DNA of 64,000 nucleotides from an uncultured Eubacteriales bacterium. Its GTDB lineage: Bacteria; Bacillota; Clostridia; Christensenellales; CAG-138. Positions within the stretch are counted from its first letter, which is position 1; every line of letters begins with the position of its first letter. The DNA lies in assembly GCA_902802575.1 (NCBI GenBank), contig CADCMN010000001.1, forward strand, positions 18,410-82,409, given 5' to 3'. Of the stretch, positions 58,090 to 64,000 are shown piece by piece. The position numbers were made by a program, and so were the translations under genes. The notes under the pieces are model-generated. The model did not search any database, had not been told where the DNA came from, and saw only the letters and a program-made list of their open reading frames with translations.

Positions 58090-58118
58090 AAAGAGCCGGG
58101 GGAGGAACCCGGCTCTTT
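58090..58118. terminator. bidirectional intrinsic terminator
   Basis: agagccggg..cccggctct hairpin followed by tttt, between convergent genes. Confidence 0.75.
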
Positions 58119-58132
58119 TGCTGTCCATCGCC

Positions 58133-59770
58133 TTATCTAAGGGTGAATGTGAGGGCGTATTGGGGGTATTCGGTCCGCTGGAATTTCTGGCCCATGTACC
58201 CGTCGCTTGAATACTTGGGATTCTCCGTGCGCACGTTGAGGGGCAGCTCCACAAAAGTCTTGTCGGGGCCTTCAAAGCCGGTCACGTATCGCAGCACGGG
58301 GATCAGCGTCACCGTCTTGATGTTTCGGATCGTTTCCAGGTCCAGTCCCTGGATATTCTCGATGTGGAAGGTCAAGGTGCCATCCCCATTGGGCTGGATG
58401 CCGAAACCGCCGAAATGCCAGTTGCCCTCCTTTTCATCGATCAGGATCTTGAAGTTCAGGGGCAGCATGGAGGAAAGGTTGGTCCAGACCGCCCGGGCGG
58501 TCCCCTGCATGCTGTCGGGCAGAGTGATCTTCACGTCCAGATCGTAGATGCCCAGATCGTCGGCGTGGGCGCCGGGCATGGCCTCCATGGTCATGCCGTC
58601 CAGGGACGCAGGGCAGTTGGTGAACACCTGCAGGGCGTTGTTCCAGTCCGCGGCCGGCTTGGTGTGGTCCCGTTCATCCACCAGCTCCATATAGGTGAGG
58701 ATGGTGTCGCCCTGCCAAACGATCTTCTCCGGCCCGGCCTCCACCGCTCGCTGCTCGTTGGTCTGGTACCCGGTCACATTGAACCGGACGGTGCCGATCT
58801 CAGCGTTCAGCAGCTCCGTGGGGGGCAGATCGTAGTCCTCTTCCACGAACACATGGAAATAGGCTTTGGCGGTCACCATGCCGTTCTCGTCCGCATTCTT
58901 GCCCAGTATCTCCCGGCCTTCGGCCATCACCGTATAGGCGACGATCTCGTTCTTCTCCAGGAAAACCTGGTTCATCCGGTCGATCTTGGCCACTTCCGCC
59001 GGCTGCAGGTCGTCCCAATGGAAGCTTTTCGCTTCCAGGGCGGCCCAATGGGCTTTGAACGATTCCGTTTCGGTCTGATCCAGGAAGCCGGACATCCTGG
59101 ACCCGTCCGCAAACACCAACAGAAGCTCCGACGTGGGACGCCAATACATCTCCTTTTCACCGGACAAATATTCCCGGCCCGGACCGCCGGCAAAGAAATC
59201 GTACATCCGCTGGGGGTCCACCTTCACCAGGGTGGCGCCGCCGCCGGTCCAGCTGTCCAGCAGGGGCAAGGCCGCCGTGCCGCCCAGGCGCAGGGAAACG
59301 TAGGCGGTGCTGCCGTCGAACAGGGTATCGCCGATGGTGATGCGCACGTCCTGTTGCAGCAGTTGGGCCACCCTGAGGGCCCCTTCGCTGTTCACGGCGT
59401 TGGACTTGGTGCGGTCGATCTCCACCACATTCACCTTAGAGTCCTCCGGCTTGGCGGTGGTGATCATGCTGTCCAGCACGGGGATGGCGGGCCGAGAAGA
59501 GGGGTCCGCCGTCAGATAGTCCTGGGGCCGGGAGATGATCCCCAGCCAGGAGAGGACCTCCGCCCGGGCGGAGGGGATGGCCATGACGGCGGTGGCGAAC
59601 AGCAGCAGACAGGCTGCCGCGACCAGGCCGAACTTGCGATAGGAGAAGCTCCTTTTCTCCCGTGTCACGGCGGGGATGGCCGCAATGCGTCCATCCAGCG
59701 CCGCCTTCATCTTTTTCCCGTCCAGCAGGGACAGATTCAATGCTGTCTGATAGAATCTTGTTTCTTTCAT
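58133..59770 (-). CDS. anti-sigma-factor-like membrane protein with large extracytoplasmic domain
   Basis: Start at MKETRFYQ (GGAGG RBS), 4 nt after the sigma gene stop. One TM (FGLVAAACLLLFATAVMAI). Confidence 0.6.
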   Translation of the reverse strand: MKETRFYQTALNLSLLDGKKMKAALDGRIAAIPAVTREKRSFSYRKFGLVAAACLLLFATAVMAIPSARAEVLSWLGIISRPQDYLTADPSSRPAIPVLDSMITTAKPEDSKVNVVEIDRTKSNAVNSEGALRVAQLLQQDVRITIGDTLFDGSTAYVSLRLGGTAALPLLDSWTGGGATLVKVDPQRMYDFFAGGPGREYLSGEKEMYWRPTSELLLVFADGSRMSGFLDQTETESFKAHWAALEAKSFHWDDLQPAEVAKIDRMNQVFLEKNEIVAYTVMAEGREILGKNADENGMVTAKAYFHVFVEEDYDLPPTELLNAEIGTVRFNVTGYQTNEQRAVEAGPEKIVWQGDTILTYMELVDERDHTKPAADWNNALQVFTNCPASLDGMTMEAMPGAHADDLGIYDLDVKITLPDSMQGTARAVWTNLSSMLPLNFKILIDEKEGNWHFGGFGIQPNGDGTLTFHIENIQGLDLETIRNIKTVTLIPVLRYVTGFEGPDKTFVELPLNVRTENPKYSSDGYMGQKFQRTEYPQYALTFTLR

Positions 59771-59774
59771 GCTC

Positions 59775-60305
59775 TTACCTCCCGGTTTCCGAATCCGCAT
59801 CCTCCGCCGTCAGGTATGCCCGTATGGCCTTGCGGCCCCGGAACAAACGGCTCTTGACGGCCTCCGCCCCCATGCCCAGCTCCTTGGCGATCTCCGAGAC
59901 GGTCAGCTCGTAGCCGTAGTACAGCACGAAGATCCGGTAGGTCTCCCGGGGCAGGCGCTTGGCCTCCGCCAGGATATCCTCCGCCAGGGCCCGGTCCAGC
60001 ACCCCGTCCTCAAAGACCCAATCGTCCCGGAGCCGCTCTTCGGGCACGTCCTCCAGCAGCCGCACGGCGTGCTTCTCCCGCTCGGCGTACTGCTCGATGA
60101 TCTCCCGCTTGAGCATCTTCAACAGGAACGCTTTGGGAAGCAGCACGTCCAGATGGCCGTATCGCTCGATGCGGCGGCAGAAGGCGAGATACACGTTCTG
60201 CAGGGCGTCCTCCGCGTCCGTGGGATCGCTCAGATGGATGATGGCATATTTGAGCAAAGGTCGATATGTGGTTTCGTAGACTCGATCAAAGTATTGTTGA
60301 TCCAT
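59775..60305 (-). CDS. ECF-type sigma-70 family RNA polymerase sigma factor
   Basis: 176 aa. Region 2 (DAEDALQNVYLAF) and region 4 (LTVSEIAKELGMGAEAVKSRLFRGR). Confidence 0.85.
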   Translation of the reverse strand: MDQQYFDRVYETTYRPLLKYAIIHLSDPTDAEDALQNVYLAFCRRIERYGHLDVLLPKAFLLKMLKREIIEQYAEREKHAVRLLEDVPEERLRDDWVFEDGVLDRALAEDILAEAKRLPRETYRIFVLYYGYELTVSEIAKELGMGAEAVKSRLFRGRKAIRAYLTAEDADSETGR

Positions 60306-60377
60306 GCTTCTTTCTCTTTCTGTAAGCGCTTACACCCATATAGAGCCGAAAGAACTTTAATCGGTTGCATGAAAGAT

Positions 60378-60408
60378 GAAAAACGCAGCCTGCTTTCACA
60401 GGCTGCGT
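60378..60408 (-). terminator. intrinsic terminator after fba
   Basis: acgcagcctg..caggctgcgt hairpin followed by T5 on the minus strand. Confidence 0.8.
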
Positions 60409-60429
60409 CCATAGGTAGAGAGGCAGGAT

Positions 60430-61413
60430 TTACGCTTTGCCGTTGCAGCCCAGCACATGGATGAGCTTGTGGGTGACCATGGCCTTGATGGCCTCCCGGC
60501 CGGGCTTGAGGTACTGCCGAGGATCAAAGTGCTCGGGATGCTCCACGAAGTGCTTGCGGATGCAGGCGGTGAGGGCCAGCCTGAGATCGGAGTCGATGTT
60601 GATCTTGCAGACGGCCATGCGGGCCGCTTCCCTGAGCTGCTCCTCGGGGATGCCCACGGCGTCGGGCATCTTGCCGCCGCACTCGTTGATGATCTTGACG
60701 AATTCCTGGGGCACGGAGGAGGAGCCGTGGAGCACGATGGGGAAGCCGGGCAGCCGCTTTTCAACCTCTTTCAAAATGTCGAAGCGGAGGGGCGGGGGCA
60801 CCAGCTTGCCGTCGGCGTCCCGGGTGCACTGGGCGGCGGTGAACTTGTAGGCGCCGTGGCTGGTGCCGATGGCGATGGCCAGGGAGTCCACGCCCGTGCG
60901 GGTGACGAAGTCCTCGACCTCTTCGGGACGGGTGTAGGAGGAATCCTCGGCGGACACGTTGACCTCATCCTCGATGCCGGCCAGGGTGCCGAGCTCGCCT
61001 TCCACCACCACGCCGTGGTCGTGGGCGTATTCCACCACCTTGCGGGTCAGGGCCACGTTCTCCTCGTAGGGCTTGCTGGAGCCGTCGATCATGACGGAGG
61101 AGAAGCCGCCGTCGATGCAGCTCTTGCAGAGCTCGAAGGAATCGCCGTGGTCCAGGTGGACCGCGATGGGCAGGTCGAAGCCGGCGGTCTGCTCCGCATC
61201 CTCGATGGCGGCTTCGATGAGCTTCATGAGGTAGACGTGCTTGGCGTAGGCCCGGGCGCCCTTGCTGACCTGGAGGATCAGGGGGGCGTGCTGCTCGATG
61301 GCAGCCTCGGTGATGCCCTGGATGATCTCCATGTTGTTCACGTTGAACGCGCCGATGGCGTAGCCGCCGTCGTAGGCCTTTTTGAACATCTCTTTTGTGG
61401 TGACGATTGCCAT
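60430..61413 (-). CDS. fba: class II fructose-1,6-bisphosphate aldolase
   Basis: 327 aa. YAIGAFNVNNME, HLDHG and GTSHGAYKF motifs. Confidence 0.9.
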   Translation of the reverse strand: MAIVTTKEMFKKAYDGGYAIGAFNVNNMEIIQGITEAAIEQHAPLILQVSKGARAYAKHVYLMKLIEAAIEDAEQTAGFDLPIAVHLDHGDSFELCKSCIDGGFSSVMIDGSSKPYEENVALTRKVVEYAHDHGVVVEGELGTLAGIEDEVNVSAEDSSYTRPEEVEDFVTRTGVDSLAIAIGTSHGAYKFTAAQCTRDADGKLVPPPLRFDILKEVEKRLPGFPIVLHGSSSVPQEFVKIINECGGKMPDAVGIPEEQLREAARMAVCKINIDSDLRLALTACIRKHFVEHPEHFDPRQYLKPGREAIKAMVTHKLIHVLGCNGKA

Positions 61414-61578
61414 ATGATGATCTCCTTTGCAGATTTTTTACATCCATGTCAGTATATCATCTATGAACGGAAAATGCAACTGTAACAAAAATGCAAAAAA
61501 CAGCCTCGCCCCTTTGCGCCGGCGGGCGGATGCTGGTATACTTTTCCTATCGACAGCATAGCAGGAGGCGTATTTAAG

Positions 61579-62532
61579 ATGCAAGCGAACAAACGGCTTT
61601 CCCTCATCGTTCCGGTGTACTACGAGGAGGAGGTGCTGCCCCTGGCCTATCCCCGCATGAAGGCGGCCATGGAGAAGACCGGGTACGACTTCGAGATCAT
61701 CTTCGTCAACGACGGCAGCCGGGACGGCACCATGAAGATCCTGCGCGGCATCGCCAAGGCGGACAGGCGGGTGAAGGTGCTGTCCTTTTCCCGGAACTTC
61801 GGCCACCAGCTGGCGGTCACCGCGGGCATGGACCAGGCCGCGGGCGACGCCCTCATCATTATCGACGCGGATCTCCAGGATCCGCCGGAACTGATCCCCG
61901 ACATGGTGAAACTGTGGGAGCAGGGAGCGGATATCGTCTACGGCAAACGTAAGAAACGGGAGGGGGAGACTTTCTTCAAAAAGTTCACCGCCGCCTGTTA
62001 TTATCGACTGCTCACCAGCATGAGCGCTTACCCGATCCCTCTGGACACCGGCGATTTTCGGCTGATCGGCCGGAACGTGGCGGACGTGTTTTTGCGGATG
62101 CGGGAGCACGGGAGATTTCTCCGCGGCATGTCCGCGTGGATGGGGTTTGAAAGTGTGCCCATAGAATACATACGCCATGAGCGGGCGGCGGGGAAGACCA
62201 AGTATACCCTGAAGAAGATGCTGAAGTTTGCCCTGGACGGCATCACGGGCTTCTCCACCAAGCCTCTTACCCTGCCTCTTGCCTTTGGCGGTGTGGTCAC
62301 GGGCCTGTCGCTCCTGGGCTTCCTGGCCGTGCTCATATGCGCCTGCACCGTGGGCGCAGCGGCCTGGCTTTGGGGCTTGTGCGGCGTATGCCTCCTCCAG
62401 GGCGTCGTGCTGCTGTGCCTGGGCGTCCATGGCGCGTATTTGGGCCGGATCTTCGAGGAATCCAAGGGGCGGCCCCTCTATATCGTGGCGGAGGCGCTCA
62501 ATACGGATTTTGCATCGGAGGAAGAAAAATAA
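61579..62532 (+). CDS. glycosyltransferase family 2 (polyprenyl-phosphate sugar transferase, GtrB/ArnC-like)
   Basis: 317 aa. LSLIVPVYYEE, FVNDGSRD and IIDADLQDPPE motifs. Two C-terminal TM helices. Confidence 0.85.
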   Translation: MQANKRLSLIVPVYYEEEVLPLAYPRMKAAMEKTGYDFEIIFVNDGSRDGTMKILRGIAKADRRVKVLSFSRNFGHQLAVTAGMDQAAGDALIIIDADLQDPPELIPDMVKLWEQGADIVYGKRKKREGETFFKKFTAACYYRLLTSMSAYPIPLDTGDFRLIGRNVADVFLRMREHGRFLRGMSAWMGFESVPIEYIRHERAAGKTKYTLKKMLKFALDGITGFSTKPLTLPLAFGGVVTGLSLLGFLAVLICACTVGAAAWLWGLCGVCLLQGVVLLCLGVHGAYLGRIFEESKGRPLYIVAEALNTDFASEEEK

Positions 62533-62607
62533 ATATACCTTCCCTGTTGAAAACGGAGACGGGGTAGTATATAATATCTGCGACAAAAAATAAAAGGAGG
62601 CTTCCTA

Positions 62608-63675
62608 ATGTCTATCAAAGTTGCAATCAACGGTTTTGGCCGCATCGGTCGTCTCGCGTTCCGTCAGATGTTCGGCGCGGAAGGGTATGAGATCGTCGCC
62701 ATCAACGACCTCACCAGCCCCGCCATGCTGGCTCACCTCTTGAAGTATGACACCGCTCAGAAGGGGTACTGCGGCGTCATCGGCGAGAACAAGCACACCG
62801 TGTCCTCCAAGGAGCCCGTCTTCGAAGAGGACGGCAAGACCGTGAAGGTTCCCGGCTCCATCACCGTGGATGGCAAGGAGATCACCATTTACGCCGAGCC
62901 CAAGGCCCAGAACCTGCCCTGGAAGGCCCTGGATGTGGACGTGGTGCTGGAGTGTACCGGCTTCTACACCAGCAAGGCCAAGTCCCAGGCCCACATCGAC
63001 GCCGGCGCCAAGAAGGTCGTCATCTCCGCCCCCGCGGGCAACGACCTGCCCACCGTGGTGTTCAACGTGAACAACAACATCCTCACCAAGGAGGACAAGA
63101 TCATCTCCGCCGCCAGCTGCACCACCAACTGCCTGGCGCCCATGACCAAGGCCCTCAACGACAACTTCCCCATCGTCTCCGGCATCATGACCACCGTCCA
63201 TGCCTACACCGGCGACCAGATGATCCTGGATGGTCCCCACAAGAAGGGCGATCTGCAGCGTGCCCGGGCCGGCGCGGCCAACATCGTGCCCAACAGCACC
63301 GGCGCGGCCAAAGCCATCGGCCTGGTCATCCCCGAGCTCAACGGCAAGCTCATCGGCTCCGCCCAGCGCGTCCCCGTGGCCACCGGCTCCACCACCATCC
63401 TCGTTGCGGTGGTCAAGGGCAAGGACGTCACCAAGGAAGCGGTCAACGCGGCCATGAAGTCCCAGCAGAGCGAGTCCTTCGGCTACACCACCGAGAAGCT
63501 GGTCTCCTCCGACATCATCGGCATGACCTACGGCTCCCTGTTCGACGCCAACCAGACCATGGTCCAGAAGATCGACGACGACACCTATCAGGTCCAGGTC
63601 GTGTCCTGGTACGACAACGAGAACAGCTACACCTCCCAGATGGTCCGCACCATCAAGTACTTCGCCGAGCTGTAA
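62608..63675 (+). CDS. gap: type I glyceraldehyde-3-phosphate dehydrogenase
   Basis: 355 aa. INGFGRIGR and SCTTNCLAP active site. Confidence 0.95.
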   Translation: MSIKVAINGFGRIGRLAFRQMFGAEGYEIVAINDLTSPAMLAHLLKYDTAQKGYCGVIGENKHTVSSKEPVFEEDGKTVKVPGSITVDGKEITIYAEPKAQNLPWKALDVDVVLECTGFYTSKAKSQAHIDAGAKKVVISAPAGNDLPTVVFNVNNNILTKEDKIISAASCTTNCLAPMTKALNDNFPIVSGIMTTVHAYTGDQMILDGPHKKGDLQRARAGAANIVPNSTGAAKAIGLVIPELNGKLIGSAQRVPVATGSTTILVAVVKGKDVTKEAVNAAMKSQQSESFGYTTEKLVSSDIIGMTYGSLFDANQTMVQKIDDDTYQVQVVSWYDNENSYTSQMVRTIKYFAEL

Positions 63676-63702
63676 TTCGCTGTCAGAGAATACCGCATCC
63701 CG

Positions 63703-63730
63703 CCGGAGGCCCCAGGGCCTCCGGTTTTTT
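63703..63730 (+). terminator. intrinsic terminator after gap
   Basis: ccggaggcc-ccag-ggcctccgg followed by T6. Confidence 0.85.
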
Positions 63731-63974
63731 GTTCAGGAACCTCTTCCATCTTTTGCCTGCGGCGCATGTGCACGAGGCGCGTGCAATGGCACACTCCCCA
63801 TGCTTGGTACAGGGGAGATTTTACATGCATTGCGGCGTCACGGTCCAAAACTACCGTTCGAGACAAATTTACTACCGCTTAAGCCAAATCTATTGCAATC
63901 GTTTTTTTCTTTTGATATGTTCAGCCTCGAGAAGGGTATTTTCCACGCTGCGGCGTGCAAAACAGGAGGATATC

Positions 63975-64000
63975 ATGGGGGAGAAGGACGGCGTGATCAG
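63975..64000 (+). CDS. start of an unidentified CDS running off the window
   Basis: AGGAGGA RBS 5 nt upstream of ATG at 63975. Only 8 codons are visible. Confidence 0.25.

Overview
This is a 64-kb chromosomal window from a visibly GC-rich anaerobic Firmicute. The gene content resembles a gut Clostridia/Oscillospiraceae-type genome, but the taxon is inference. I support about 60 protein genes, 2 tRNAs, one integrated mobile element and several repeat or RNA-like structures.

Layout:
- 0-15 kb: a cell-envelope island. It holds zinc-ribbon membrane proteins, a giant CHAP + C-type-lectin-like + SH3b wall protein, a repeat lipoprotein, an LCP ligase, a GT2-GtrA fusion, a phosphodiester glycosidase and an M28 peptidase.
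- 15.3-25.6 kb: tRNA-Val, followed by a ~10.1-kb TnpV/TnpW/large-serine-recombinase element. Its cargo is a macrodomain + SirTM-like sirtuin pair inside a redox operon.
- 25.7-28.6 kb: a VTC-like polyphosphate / DUF4956 / phosphodiester-glycosidase operon.
- 28.8-33.7 kb: a selenium-utilisation island (selD, cysteine desulfurase-like, LysR, YedE, YedF, DUF3343).
- 33.7-50 kb: housekeeping and accessory genes (beta-CASP MBL, Mbeg1-like, MntR, LepB, BMP-type ABC transporter, Fe-ADH, ABC-F with leader, AraC).
- 50-64 kb: a tRNA-Ser locus, then tadA, truA, ecfT/A2/A1, an amidohydrolase, nrdD, a sigma/anti-sigma pair, fba, a GT2 and gap.

Most unusual signals:
- Both tRNA genes are followed by long palindromes whose far arm is complementary to the tRNA's own T-arm/3' end.
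- At tRNA-Ser this is extended into an alternating array of T-arm-derived inverted repeats that close GC-rich multi-hairpin modules. A similar module lies at 25.57-25.73 kb.
- The serine-recombinase element sits exactly at the apex of the tRNA-Val palindrome.
- The macrodomain/SirTM pair is mobile and lacks its usual GcvH-L/LplA2 partners.
- Three frame-breaking lesions that look like ~40-50-bp deletions cluster within 6 kb (ecfA1, the ecfA2-ecfT junction, nrdD).

I saw no CRISPR array, rRNA or phage structural genes.
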